DNA of 64,000 nucleotides from an uncultured Methanosarcinaceae archaeon. Lineage in GTDB: Archaea > Halobacteriota > Methanosarcinia > Methanosarcinales > Methanosarcinaceae. How positions within the stretch are numbered: position 1 is the stretch's first letter; each line of letters starts with the position of its first letter. Shown here piece by piece: positions 49,904 to 62,391 of this stretch. The position numbers and the translations under genes are program-made. Location: NCBI GenBank assembly GCA_963833425.1, contig CAWHXP010000003.1, positions 544,001-608,000 on the forward strand, written 5' to 3'. The notes below the pieces were generated by a model, which did not search any database, was not told the origin of the DNA, and was given only the letters and a program-made list of their open reading frames with translations.

Positions 49904-50961
49904 ATAAAAGCGTATGGAGATTTAGGTTTTAAATACTTTGCTCTTCGTTAAGTACAACCTTCTCAAAAGTCCACAAAATACACCAAACAATCGATAAATA
50001 GATTCTACACAAATGTGAACCCATAGACTGAGCAAATAAAGCTGAGAGGTAGTATAAAAAAATATGAAAATTGAAATAAAAATATCTAACATTAACTTTC
50101 TATAAACTCGGTTCAGGAAGTTTTTAACTATTCCTAATTATCAATTAAAATTTCCTGAATTCATAATATCGAGTTGATCCCTAAACTTATTTCACTCTAA
50201 ATGAGCTGATGTCATAACTCAGAATTTGCTTCTCGAATCTTATATTCCGAATAATCGATCAAATCCTGATCTTGAAAACAATTCGGAAAGCTTTTAGGAT
50301 TACGCGAAGAATAGCTTTGGAGGATTGGCTTGCTTGTAAGTATTATATCACCTAGTGTGCTACCTATTAAATTGTGGGATGAAATAGGTTATAGACTCAA
50401 ATAAGGATATTCTACAAGCAAGCAATGTCCCCTTTCCTTCTAATAGAATTTATAGTTGTCCCTATACAAAATTTTATTTTAAAAGTCTTTTTTCTATTGA
50501 ACTTTGCAACGAATCTCGAGATTTTCAAGGAAATTAACAACTATATACTAGATATGCCATTATGCCTCAGCCAAAGTATTGTTATAGAAATTCTGCTCGA
50601 AATAATGAAGCTCTTCGTCAGTTCGAGTAAGAATTTAAAATCACTTTTTAAATGTGAATAGCGCAAAAAAATATTTTAAAACATTCTGTGTGAAAAATAG
50701 CAGTCTGAATTGGTAATTATCCTTGGTTTAGTCACTTTAAGTGAAAAATTATTTTCAAATTACACAAAACACCGAAGAGCCCTCTCATGCATGCAAATCA
50801 TCTGGTTATTTCAGTAAACTCTGCATTTGCCTTTTTGGATATATCTGTCCACAAGCCTGATCTTCTTTCCCATAGTTTTTAGATGAACCTTTGATTTTCA
50901 CGAATTTGGATATCCAATTTATGAGCATTTGACTAAATTTAAGAATTCATCGAAATTTTCC
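49890..50961. repeat. Copy 2 of the ~1-kb duplication, ending in a MITE
   Basis: Colinear with 47308-48346. Confidence 0.85.
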
Positions 50962-51316
50962 AAAAATACAAATTTTGAGTTTCTGGATTGGAAATATCAG
51001 AACTTAAGCACCGAAGATGCAAAACACGGGTAATAAAGACTATTGTTTAAATTTAAATTTGGGTAGTTAAAAGCTTAAATGCTTCTTATATTTCAGTTCA
51101 AGTACTTTAGCCCAATAATTTCAGGTATTCCATATCGCTAAACTCAAAAGATATACAATTTATTTGCCTATTTGCCAATGTTATCCATCAAAGGATGAGA
51201 AATATTTTCAAATAATTACCTCATCGAGAAATTATATGTCGCCTGTCTGGACTTTAGGAAAAGCTGAATTTATTGTAGAATAAACTATTTATATTTTAAT
51301 AGTCAATCGGTTTCCG

Positions 51317-51405
51317 ATTGCTGCCTATAGGCAATAGGATAAAATTTCAAACTAATATAACAGCTGTGAACTGTGGTTTCGGACTAAAAATTTGTACTTG
51401 ATTCA
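51317..51405. repeat. Right arm of the ~88-bp inverted repeat (kdp upstream region)
   Basis: Matches 49816-49903; contains the palindrome tgcctataggca and overlaps caatcggtttccgattg. Confidence 0.9.
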
Positions 51406-51533
51406 TTTGAGGTTCAATAACCACTGAAAACACTTAAAAAGATAAATGCAAAAATAGTTTTTCCATATCTCTGTTTTCAGCGGTTCATGTTTAGGTTAAA
51501 TTTAGTAAAGAAATTTTGGTACTTGATTATAAA

Positions 51534-53240
51534 ATGACAACACCAGATATACTTCCAGATAGTATAATGCTAATCCTCTTTTTGGTTCTCGTTACCGGGG
51601 TGGCATTTCCTTTCAGCAGTTTCATTGCACGCGTTTTTGACGGAAATTTGTCCAGAGGAATTCCGGGACAGATCGAAAATGCAATATACAGATCAATAGA
51701 TACCGATCCTGATAAAGAAGAAGGATGGCGGGGTTACACCCGCGATATGCTCATCTTCAATGGAATAGGTTTTGTAATTCTCCTTCTAATTCTTCTTTTT
51801 CAAGATTCTCTGCCTCTTAACCCACAAAAATTCGGGGCTTTTAATATAAGTTTTGCCATCAACACCGCATCTAGCTTTGTCACTAATACAAATTGGCAGA
51901 TCTACAGTGGTGAAACGGCAGCAAGTTATTTTACCCAGATGGCTGGACTTACAGTTCATAACTTCCTTTCCGCAGCTACAGGTATCTGTATAGCTATTGC
52001 AGTGATGCGAGGCATCACTCGCCAGTCGACCTATAAGATCGGCAACTTTTGGGTGGATATGACTCGATGCACCCTTTACATCCTTCTACCGATAGCTTTT
52101 ATTTTTGCTCTCGCGCTTGTTTCCCAGGGTGTCATTCAGAATATAGATCCTTATGTACAAGCCACAGGATACGGTTCAGCAGGACCCCAGACGATCCCAA
52201 TGGGACCAGTGGCTTCCCAGGAAGCGATAAAAGAGTTCGGTACCAATGGAGGAGGATTTTTTAATGCAAACTCTGCACATCCCTACGAAAATCCAACTCC
52301 TTTGACTAACCTAATAGAAATTTTCCTTATACTCATAATATCTGCAGCTCTGCCTCTGGTCTTTGGAAGGATGATCGGAAGCATGAGACAGGGATGGGTT
52401 ATCTACGCTATTATGCTAGTGCTGTTTTTATTAGGATTCAGCACACTCTATGCTGCAGAGCTGGCAGGAAACCCACTGATAAAGGAACTTGGTGTTTCCG
52501 GAATATCCATGGAAGGGAAAGAGGTAAGGTTCGGACTATGGGGGTCATCACTCTTTACTACATCTACTACAGCAACCTCCTGTGGAGCAGTAAACTGTGC
52601 CCATGATTCGCTTACACCACTTGGTGGTCTGGTGCCCATGTTCTTGATTCTTCTCGGTGAGGTTGTCTTCGGTGGAGTAGGATCTGGATTCTACACTATG
52701 ATCGGATTTGTGGTGCTTTCGGTTTTCATTGCAGGACTTATGATCGGACGAGTCCCTGAATACCTCGGGAAAAAGATAGAGGCATTGGAAATGAAGATGG
52801 CCGTCATAACAGTTCTTGTCCCTGGAATCCTTGTTCTACTGTTTTCGGGTATTGCACTGATTCTACCAAAAATTGGAGATTTAATGGGAAACCCAGGTCC
52901 ACATGGACTTTCAGAAGTGGTATATGCTTTTGCTTCAATGTCTGACAACAACGGTAGTGCCTTTGCTGGAATCGACGCAACAAAGCCATTCTTCACATAT
53001 GGGGGGAGCTTAGCAATGTTGATAGGCAGGTTTGTCCCTGCTGTTGCCATCCTGGCAATAGCAGGATCGATGGCGCAGAAGAAAAAAGTTCCATCAAGTT
53101 CAGGAACTCTTCCCACAGCTTCGATTTCATTTGGTATTTGGACAATCCTAGTAATCTTGATCATCGGTGCACTCACGTTTTTCCCACTCTTCGCCACCGG
53201 GCCGATTATCGAACACCTGATTATGATGGGAGGGAATTAA
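51534..53240 (+). CDS. kdpA: K+-transporting ATPase subunit A
   Basis: [21 protein letters not shown] and NNGSAFAG selectivity-filter motifs. Confidence 0.96.
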   Translation: MTTPDILPDSIMLILFLVLVTGVAFPFSSFIARVFDGNLSRGIPGQIENAIYRSIDTDPDKEEGWRGYTRDMLIFNGIGFVILLLILLFQDSLPLNPQKFGAFNISFAINTASSFVTNTNWQIYSGETAASYFTQMAGLTVHNFLSAATGICIAIAVMRGITRQSTYKIGNFWVDMTRCTLYILLPIAFIFALALVSQGVIQNIDPYVQATGYGSAGPQTIPMGPVASQEAIKEFGTNGGGFFNANSAHPYENPTPLTNLIEIFLILIISAALPLVFGRMIGSMRQGWVIYAIMLVLFLLGFSTLYAAELAGNPLIKELGVSGISMEGKEVRFGLWGSSLFTTSTTATSCGAVNCAHDSLTPLGGLVPMFLILLGEVVFGGVGSGFYTMIGFVVLSVFIAGLMIGRVPEYLGKKIEALEMKMAVITVLVPGILVLLFSGIALILPKIGDLMGNPGPHGLSEVVYAFASMSDNNGSAFAGIDATKPFFTYGGSLAMLIGRFVPAVAILAIAGSMAQKKKVPSSSGTLPTASISFGIWTILVILIIGALTFFPLFATGPIIEHLIMMGGN

Positions 53241-53242
53241 TA

Positions 53243-55312
53243 ATGCCACGAGCTTCATCTTCCAGGTTAGTCGCTTTTGAACCGAAACTTATTCGTGAAG
53301 CGCTCGTTAGTTCAGTGCTGAAACTGAACTTACGTCAGCAGATCGAAAACCCAGTAATGTTTACAGTGGAAATAGGAAGTATCCTGACAACTGTAGCTTT
53401 TCTCATTAGCTTCTTCTCTGCTACCACTGAGTCCTCATTCTTCATCGGCTTTATTTCTCTCTGGCTGTGGCTCACAGTGCTCTTTTCCAACTTTGCGGAA
53501 TCCCTGTCTGAAGGACGTGGAAAAGCCAGGGCAGCATCTCTCAAGCAGTCCAGAACCAGCGTTCTCACCAGAAAGCTTACAGTAGAATCTGTCGATGGTC
53601 CTTTCACCGAAGTACCTTCCTCCGATCTACGGAAAGGCGATCTCGTACTCGTAAAGACAAATGAAGTGATCCCTGGAGACGGAGAAGTGGTGAAGGGAGT
53701 CGCATTAGTCAATGAAGCCGCAATTACCGGGGAATCAGCACCTGTTGTGCGTGAATCCGGGGGCGATAGGAGTGCTGTGACCGGAGGAACTACAGTTATT
53801 GCAAATGAGATAATCATCAGAATTACCGCTGATCCCGGTCAGACTTTCCTGGACCGTATGATTGCCATGGTGGAAGGTGCAGAGAGACGGAAGACTCCTA
53901 ACGAAATAGCTCTTGGAATACTACTCATTTCGTTGACAGTTGTATTTCTTGCGGTTGTGATTAGCGTGTACTCAGCTTCTGAGTATAGCGCTTCTTCAAG
54001 CGGAAGAGGCTCCCATGTAAGCTTCACAGTACTTATTGCACTTTTTGTCTGTTTGGCACCCACAACAATTGCAGCCCTGCTCTCAGCAATAGGAATAGCA
54101 GGAATGGATCGGTTGTTCCAGTTGAATGTCATTGCTCTCTCAGGAAGAGCAATCGAAGCTGCTGGAGATGTAAATGTCCTGCTGTTAGACAAAACAGGCA
54201 CAATCACCTTAGGTAATCGACAGGCGACTGAGTTTTTACCAGTAGATGGTCAGTCGCCGGATGATTTGATGGAAGCCGCTATGCTTTCTTCTACTGCAGA
54301 CGATACTCCAGAAGGCAAAAGCATTATTGATCTTATACAAAAAAAGACCGAAAAAATCCCAATTTCTTCAGAGGATGTCACTTTCACACCATTTTCGGCT
54401 TTAACTAGATTGAGTAGTGCACAACGTGGTGAGATAATCTACCTGAAGGGGGCTTCCGATGCAATAATTAAGTTTGTTCTTGATCATAAAGGTACCGTTC
54501 CATCAGATCTGAAAACGAAAGTAAACGGAATTGCATCTAAAGGAGGTACCCCGCTGGTTGTCGCTCGCAATGAAACAATTCTCGGTGTAATATTCCTCAA
54601 AGACATCTTAAAAACTGGTATTCGAGAAAGATTTGCAGATCTGCGTAAGATAGGAATAAAAACGATTATGATTACAGGAGATAATCCTCTTACAGCTGCT
54701 ACTATCGCAGCAGAAGCCGGAGTAGATGACTATCTGGCAGAAGCAAAACCTGAAGAGAAACTCATGATGATAAGGGAATACCAGAAGGAAGGCTATATGG
54801 TTGCCATGACAGGGGATGGAACAAATGATGCTCCCGCTCTTGCTCAAGCTGACGTAGCCGTGGCCATGAACAATGGCACGCAACCTGCGAGAGAAGCATC
54901 AAACATCATTGATCTAGATAGCGATCCAACCAAACTGTTGGACATTGTCGAGATAGGTAAGCAAATCCTGATGACTCGTGGAGCTCTGACGACCTTTTCT
55001 ATAGCTAACGATATTGCCAAATACTTTGCAATTATTCCCGCTGCTCTGATAGGGATATATCCGCAGCTTAAGGTACTGAATATCATGGATCTTGCAACAC
55101 CGCAGTCCGCCATCCTTTCTGCGGTTATATTCAATGCTGTGATCATTCCAATGCTTATACCACTTGCATTAGCCGGGATAAAGTTCAAGCCTATGTCGGC
55201 TTCGAAACTTTTTGCCTACAACCTAACCATCTTTGGCTTTGGAGGAGTTATTGCTCCCTTTATAGGAATTAAAGTAATAGACCTGATATTAGCCGGTTTA
55301 CTGCATATCTGA
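53243..55312 (+). CDS. kdpB: K+-transporting P-type ATPase subunit B
   Basis: ITGES, PTTI, DKTGT, TGDN and GDGTND motifs; ATG at 53243 follows the kdpA stop. Confidence 0.97.
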   Translation: MPRASSSRLVAFEPKLIREALVSSVLKLNLRQQIENPVMFTVEIGSILTTVAFLISFFSATTESSFFIGFISLWLWLTVLFSNFAESLSEGRGKARAASLKQSRTSVLTRKLTVESVDGPFTEVPSSDLRKGDLVLVKTNEVIPGDGEVVKGVALVNEAAITGESAPVVRESGGDRSAVTGGTTVIANEIIIRITADPGQTFLDRMIAMVEGAERRKTPNEIALGILLISLTVVFLAVVISVYSASEYSASSSGRGSHVSFTVLIALFVCLAPTTIAALLSAIGIAGMDRLFQLNVIALSGRAIEAAGDVNVLLLDKTGTITLGNRQATEFLPVDGQSPDDLMEAAMLSSTADDTPEGKSIIDLIQKKTEKIPISSEDVTFTPFSALTRLSSAQRGEIIYLKGASDAIIKFVLDHKGTVPSDLKTKVNGIASKGGTPLVVARNETILGVIFLKDILKTGIRERFADLRKIGIKTIMITGDNPLTAATIAAEAGVDDYLAEAKPEEKLMMIREYQKEGYMVAMTGDGTNDAPALAQADVAVAMNNGTQPAREASNIIDLDSDPTKLLDIVEIGKQILMTRGALTTFSIANDIAKYFAIIPAALIGIYPQLKVLNIMDLATPQSAILSAVIFNAVIIPMLIPLALAGIKFKPMSASKLFAYNLTIFGFGGVIAPFIGIKVIDLILAGLLHI

Positions 55313-55319
55313 GGAGGTA

Positions 55320-55886
55320 TTGATCGTGACATCTCTCAAAAAAGCCACGTTGCTATTCGGAGTATTATTTATAATCACAGGATTTGTTTATCCCTTTGCT
55401 GTGACGCTAGTCTCAGAAAGCTTATTTCCTTACCAGGCTCATGGGAGCCTTATCATCGACAATAACAACAAAATCATCGGCTCGAAGCTCATCGGTCAAA
55501 ACTTTACCACACCTAAGTACTTCCGGAGCAGGCCTTCAGCTAGTGGAAGTGGATACGATCCGACATCTTCAGGAGGGTCTAACCTAGGCCCGACAAACCC
55601 AGCTCTCTTAGGATTGGTAGCAAATAGGACAAGTGCACTAAAGGAAGCAGGAGTTACTGGCCCGATACCTTCTGATCTAGTTATGGCGTCGGGAAGCGGG
55701 CTTGATCCACATATAAGCCTAGAATCCGCACTTGTACAGGTATCTACTGTGGCGAAGGCACGAAACATTCCGGAAGAAGAACTCAAAAAACTGGTGCTTT
55801 CAGAATCTATCGATTCTCCATTCACTGGAACTTATGTTAATGTTCTTTCTCTCAACCAAGCGCTTGATAAGAAAGGGAACACTTAA
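55320..55886 (+). CDS. kdpC: K+-transporting ATPase subunit C
   Basis: LIGQNF, SGGSNLGP and ASGSGLDPHIS motifs; RBS gaggagg before a TTG start. Confidence 0.95.
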   Translation: MIVTSLKKATLLFGVLFIITGFVYPFAVTLVSESLFPYQAHGSLIIDNNNKIIGSKLIGQNFTTPKYFRSRPSASGSGYDPTSSGGSNLGPTNPALLGLVANRTSALKEAGVTGPIPSDLVMASGSGLDPHISLESALVQVSTVAKARNIPEEELKKLVLSESIDSPFTGTYVNVLSLNQALDKKGNT

Positions 55887-55895
55887 GAGGAAATA

Positions 55896-56140
55896 ATGGG
55901 AACAGATCGTAGTGAAGAAGAAGGAAGACCACTAGCCGAAGATTTGCTCTGCATTGCTCGTCATGATGAGCAAAAAGAGCATATGACAAAGCAATTGAAA
56001 TTAACCCAAAATATTTGGATGCTTGGAATAATAAGGGAAATTCTCTAAGCAAATTGGGTAAGTCCGATGAAGCACAAAAATCTTGGGCCAAAGTAAAGGA
56101 AATTGATTCAAAAGCTTGATACAATAAAGGAACTTTATCT
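55896..56140 (+). pseudogene. kdpD: KdpD N-terminal stub joined to a TPR-protein remnant
   Basis: MGTDRSEEEGRPLAEDLL resembles the KdpD RP..D.LL start; then out-of-frame AYDKAIEINPKYLDAWNNKG (TPR). Confidence 0.55.
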
Positions 56141-57018
56141 TAATGATTACTTAAATTAAGTTTGTATGTTGAACATTCATTAAATTTTTATTTTTTTTCT
56201 TTTGTTAAATAAATATAGCAACTTTTTGGCTTTTTAACATAATACTGGTCTTGTTTGAGACTATTTTTTCTTATTATTAATTAATGTGATACTGTTGATC
56301 TTGCATGTCTAAAAGTTGATCTTGTGATCTGCAGGTGACAAGATACCTGCAGCCAGCCGGAAAGTCTGCTGCAAGGTACTGGAAATATCTATAAAGCATA
56401 ACTCGATTTAATTAATTATATATTTCTTGATTTATTCTAAATAGTGTTAACTTAAACTAATTAGTTTGATGATCATGTAGCCCTGATCTAGTAAATTATA
56501 ACAGACTGTAGATTGTCTCCTTCAGTCGATAACTTCGCGTATATTTTATACTATTTCAAACATGCACAGTTTTTTTGTGCCAAAACCTATGCATCAGTGA
56601 AATACAAAAAAGACACAAAATTTGTCAGTATAACTGTTAGCTCTACGCCCCATTGCATTATATAAAATTTACTATCTACTGCCAAAGGATTTTATTTTGA
56701 AGTATAATTTACAAAACTATTCACTAATAACATAAATATAAAATGTGTGCTAGATGAACAACAGTTATGGAAAGACTTACATAGACTAACTAATGATGAA
56801 GACAACACATGAGATCTCGCGCAGTCCATGCTCTTGGTTCTTTGTTTTCTAAGTACTATATAAACAACAGGCTTGGAACGATTCATATAAACTGAGCAAT
56901 GACTAAAACAGCGATGTGAGAGATTGTGCACCCCAAGCTCTTGGTTCTGCGTTTTCTCAAGTGCCGAATAAACTTCAGAAATGGAAATATTAGCTATCTG
57001 TGTGCTTTTCAAATAAAA

Positions 57019-57347
57019 TTATGATATGAAACTGCCACCGCCATTAATAAGCAACTCTACAATTTCCTTAAACGCCATTTTTGCTGCAATCTCCAAAGCG
57101 GTGTTGCTATTTTCTTCTTGAATATTGAGATTGGCGCCCCTTTGATAAGCAACTCAACCACATCCTTATACCCAGTTTGCGCCGAATATATCAAAGCAGT
57201 TTTACCATATTCGTCCTGTGAATTAATATCAATCTTATTGCTTTTTAGAAATCTCTCTACTTTTTCTATTTGCCCTAATCTACACGCGTTTAAAAATTCA
57301 TGGTTTTCATCTTTGCCAAATAAATTAGATCGAATGTCAATCAACAT
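57019..57347 (-). pseudogene. Ankyrin-repeat protein, frameshifted near 57140
   Basis: DINSQDEYGKTALIYSA..G..DVVELLI; the second repeat (NTALEIAA...IVELLI) is in another frame. Confidence 0.75.
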
Positions 57348-58661
57348 TTCCCCTTAATATTGCATATTATATAATGTACCACAATCTACCTATCTTTGTT
57401 TTTTTGATTGAAACACAGAAATTAGAGAAACCTACATTTTTACTTAAAGGATAGGCAAATAAAAATGACTTAGTGAATTGGATATTTTGAGCTTATTTCA
57501 AAACTACCTTCAACTTCTTTTAATCGATGTATCTATGCATTTTACTATAATATTTTCACAAGTATTCTAATATTATCACGGTATTGGGGCTTCACACCTG
57601 TCAGACATTACGTAAATTACCTAAATTTCCATCAGGTCTTTTTTGGTTCCGTTTTCTCCGGTAGAAGCTTAGTGTTTAATCTGCTATTTTCTGGATCAAG
57701 GTTTGAATGGGACTGTTTGCCTATGTATATTTTCATTCAATTTATCTATCTGTTCATACTTGTGTACATCTAAATATATAAATAAAAAAAATAAAAAGAT
57801 AGTATTTGGAACAAAATTAAAAATATGAATAAACCGAATAAGAAACTCAATTTTTCAATATAGTAAAAAAATTTGAGAAATAAATAGGAAAAACGTTTTT
57901 GATATTCTTTTTTGAGCTTCATCTCCAAGTTTAAGATCAGTAAGAAATTGTGGTACATTATAAATCCATTTTCTTATTTGATAAGATAATGATTAATATA
58001 ATATTAATACAAACATAGTTTTTGTTATAAAATATATTTATATTCTCAACGTCAACTTTATATTGCAATTTTTTGCACTATTAACTCACTAACAAGATTA
58101 AGAGTGTAGATAAATACAAACATCTTTTTATTTTTAAACACATCTGTTTTTTTCAATCCTATCTGTTTTTTTGTTTACAAATATTTATACTAAACGTTGT
58201 TTCCTTTTCACGATTATAATGTAGGATGCCTAATGCTTTAGGTATGGATACATGATTTTATAAAAGTTAGAGGGATATATAATGTAAAAAATTAAAATAC
58301 TCATTTTTAAATATTCAGATAATAAAAAATATATAAAATTAAATTAATTTTATTTCCTTCGTTGATCGTTTATCCTCCGATCTACTAAAATCCTGTAAAA
58401 ACATGATTTCCTAATAATCAGTAAATTTATAATATTTATTCATCTAGAGCATTGATTCTAAAATCTACACTTATTCAGGAGAAAACTGTAGTTTTGAATC
58501 CAAATAGTTACATTATTATTAAGATTTCATAGAACTGCCTACCATCAGATGTCAATTCTTGTCAATAGAATGTTTCTTGGGAGACTAATAGCATACAAGT
58601 AAGCACCCTTTATATGCTGTAGTGTAAGAGATTCCTTATAATCCATAGGATTTGAGGGCGC

Positions 58662-60839
58662 ATGAAAAGAACTGGATTAATATGTCTATTTGCTTTTGAA
58701 ATTGCACTAATTATCGCTTTAAACCTCGTAGCTCTTGGTTCGCCTGAAAATTCGATGGGTAATACAACCATCTCAGGATATAGGAAGCCTTCGATCCTGG
58801 AGCATGGACCTCCCAGTAAAACTGGCGGCGATTTTGATGAGTATGCCAATGGAGTTTGGATAAAGAGCCATCCTGTGCCTGCGGACAAATCTCAATATGA
58901 AGAGATTGAGATCATAGATGACAGAATCTACGACCGCGTAAAAAAAATAGTTGAAAGTGCAGCCAATAATACCTCTGCTCCTGAGGGAAGTCTCGAACAG
59001 AAGATTAGCAAGTTCTAAGTTGTGGGAATGGATAATGCTACCCTGAAAAGACAGCATTTGGATTCCATCAAAGACGAGCTGAAAATGATAGACAATATTT
59101 CCAACGCCTCGGATGTCCAGGTCGCATCGACTCAAATGATGGACTATGGCATGGGTCCTTTCTTTTCCATGTATGCCGCGCCAGACAAAAAAATAGCAAG
59201 TTCATGATAGCCACCCTCACTCAGGGGGGGGGTCTAGGCCTCCCAGATAGAGATTTTTATCTAATGCAAGATGAAACGAATCAATCTAGATCATAGAGCA
59301 GTACCTGAACCCACGTCACCAAGATGTTTGTCCTTCTCGGTGATAGCCAAGAGGTCGCTGAGAGTAATGCCAGAACCGTGATGAAGATAGAGACCAGGCT
59401 AGCCAACGCATCTTTCACCAACGTGTCCGACGAAGATGAGGTCAACACATACAATAAAATGAGCCTTGAGGAGCCTCAGACCTTTGCCCCAGACATGAAT
59501 TGGTCTCGTATCTTCAATGTCCTGAGCCAGCCAGGCATAGCCGAGGTTAACGTCAGAAACCCCTCATTCTTCAAGGAGCTAAGCATCTATCTGCAGGGAG
59601 AAAGTGTAGCTGACTGGAAAACTTTTCTTCGCTGGAAGCTGATATCAGCCACGTCCCCTATCTTAGCTCCGACCTAGAGAAGGAGCACTTTGATTTCTAT
59701 GAGAAAAACTCAATGGCTAGCAGGTAATGAAGCCCCGCTGGGAGAGGATCCTTGACGCAGAATATGAGGCCATAGGCGAGGATATAGGCCGCATTTATGT
59801 GGAAAGGTATTTCGACTCAAGTTCCAAGGCCAGGATGCAGGAGATGGTATCCAACCTAAAGAAAGCCTTCAGGGAAAGAATTAAAAATCTGACATGGATC
59901 GAGCCTAAAACCAAGAAAAAAGCCCTCATGAAGCTTGATGTTTTAGATGTTCAGGCAGGCTACCCTGAAGAATGGCTGAATCAATACGAGCTAGAAGTGA
60001 AGAATGATTCATATTTCATGAATGTCCTTCGTGCCTCTAAATTTAATTTTCACCACGGTCCAGATGGCTTGGATAGTATAGGCAAGCCCGTAGATCGTAA
60101 GGTATGGGAGATGAACCCCAGGAGACTAATGCTTATGCTGACGTTAATAAGGTTCTTATAGTCTTCCCGGCAGGCATTCTCCAGCCCCCATTCTTCAATA
60201 AAAATGCTGATGATGCCGTCAACTACGGTGCCATAGGTGCTATTATAGGATACGAGATGACTCATCACTTCGATAGCCAGGGTAGGAAGTTCGACATAAA
60301 TTGGAATTTGACTGAATGGTGGACGCCAAAGGACGCTGATAGCTTTAACAAGAGTACGGGAACTTGGGTGGATGAGTACAACAGGGTTGAAGTCCTACCC
60401 GGCCTGCAAGTCAACGGCAACCTGACCTTGCAAGAGAACAAAGCAGACTTCGGCGGATTGACCATAGCCTACCATGCCTATAAGCTTTCATTAAAAGGGG
60501 AGCCGGAGATGATAGATGGATTCACTGGTGATCAGCGGTTTTTTTTTAAGCTTCGCCCAGATGTGGAGGGAATCTGACACTAATGAATCCCTGAGGACGC
60601 AAGCACTTACTGATCCCCACTCTCCCAGCAGGTTTAGGGTCAACGGCGTTGTCTTCAATATGCCTGAGTTTTAAAAGGCTTTCCCGAGCGTAAAGTCAGT
60701 GGATAAACTATACAGGCCAGAGATTGAAATGCCTGTGATCTGGTTCTTCAATGTGTCTGAGTTTTACAAGGCTTTCCCGAGCGTAAAGTCAGTGGATAAA
60801 CTATGCAGACCAGAGATTGAAAGGCCTGTGATCTGGTAG
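58662..60839 (+). pseudogene. Secreted M13 (neprilysin/PepO) metallopeptidase, disrupted
   Basis: DFDEYANG, NAY, FPAGILQPPFF, NYGAIG, ENKADFGG and DPHSP motifs; HExxH reads YEMTH; several frameshifts and stops. Confidence 0.9.
60651..60836 (+). repeat. 93-bp tandem duplication of the M13 gene 3' end
   Basis: tcttcaat...cctgtgatctgg units start at 60651 and 60744. Confidence 0.9.
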
Positions 60840-61353
60840 AGTGATCATATGAATTTTGTCCTAATTAGTTTAGGTTAGTACTATCTAGAAAATATACAAA
60901 AAATATATAATAATTGAATCTAATTCTAATTTATAAGTTTCCTACTACATCAAGTAGACCCTTTATCTAGCTGTAGGCGTTTCTTCACCTGCAGCTCACA
61001 AGATCAATTTTTCTGACATTATACTGTCGTTGATGACCACAAGATTTCTAGGAGTTTATAAAGGGCAGCAGATGCAGGATATCCAGATAGATCCTCCTAG
61101 GGTAGTATGCCTACTTCTCTGTAAAATCACAACTCTCAAACAGTTAATAGGGAGAAAGTTATGTAAATTAGAAACTTTTTACTATTTTCTAAAATTTCAA
61201 TTAATTGTAGTCAATTGCTAATAAAATTAATAGTAAATTTTTACAATGGCAGAAGATATCAAAAAGTCTAAAATTATAACATGGAAGTTTTTATAAAAAT
61301 AAATTAATGAAAAATAATATAACGGATTTAGTTCTTTGCGGTGCTTCATGATA

Positions 61354-61444
61354 GAAGATTTTGATAAACCCCAATGTTTTGCTGATTGCTCATAAAGTAT
61401 AAATATAAGCAATTTGTTGAAATCGGAGATTTATCGAAATTCTC
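61354..61444. mobile_element. ~90-bp MITE
   Basis: gaagattttgataaac ... gatttatcgaaattctc; interior similar to 3287-3377. Confidence 0.7.
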
Positions 61445-62391
61445 GATAATCTAAGAGTGTTAAATTTAGAACTTATGTGGTTAAACTACGAATTAATAGT
61501 ATTAAATCGACAGTGTGCCGATTTTGCTGCAAAATCAAAAATTCCAATGAATTATGTGAAAGGAAATCACGCATCTTTAGATCTAATCACATAAAGTACA
61601 CAAAAATTTAACTTTGAATTTACAGTGAATTTACGATGCTGAGATTAAACATTTAATTGTATGAAAAGTGGATTTTTCGTCAAATACTTACGTTTTTCTA
61701 CTAAACTTAAATGTAAAATTGGACTATGGAAAGCATGGAGAACAAAAAATAAAGGCTATAAGAACACTGTTTATCTGTGTCTTTCCGTTTTTCCGTGTTT
61801 ATAGAATTTCGAGTTATTTATGTACCAATAATTATGCTCGCGACTATAATTAGTTTTTTAAAAATATAATTAATTCGTGAATTGATTATATTAGTTTAGC
61901 CACGTTTTAAACTTACAATAGAGAGCTGGAAAAACAACATGAAGCTTACGCGACTGAACTTGAAAATAAGTAGATTAACCCTGTTATTATGCAAAAAACT
62001 TTAAACCATTACGTTTATTAGACTTATTTTTATACATCAGGTGCGTAAGGCCCAACAATTATATTTCAACTACCCGAGATCCCACCTCAAAAATGAAAAT
62101 CTGATTGTTTTTGCCTATGTGTCTGTAAACTCAATTATTCTAAACTAGATCAGAATATGCTTGTTATAGCTACTTGTTATGGCTTGTTAGTCGCAGGAAA
62201 TGCAAAAAAGTATTCGAAATAAATAGGGAAATAACTTAGGCAAAGAATATTCATTTTGGGATTAAATCAACTGAATTTATTGTGAAAATTGGCGAGTACA
62301 GTTAAAAAAATACCAAGTTATTTTACAGTGAGCATCAATTACTGGATTTTGGATTGATATTTGAAAAAATTCGATATAAATTAGGGACTTT

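Noticed and set aside
51300..51533. c-di-AMP riboswitch or kdpF upstream of kdpA
   Set aside because: No ydaO consensus and no short hydrophobic ORF is visible
13722..55825. Numerous antisense or overlapping short ORFs inside the oxoprolinase, aroA, polB, YVTN and kdp genes
   Set aside because: Shadow ORFs of well-supported genes, with no motifs of their own
49165..60836. Diversity-generating retroelement TR/VR pairs (kdpA copy; M13 tail duplication)
   Set aside because: Differences are not adenine-specific and no reverse transcriptase is present in the window
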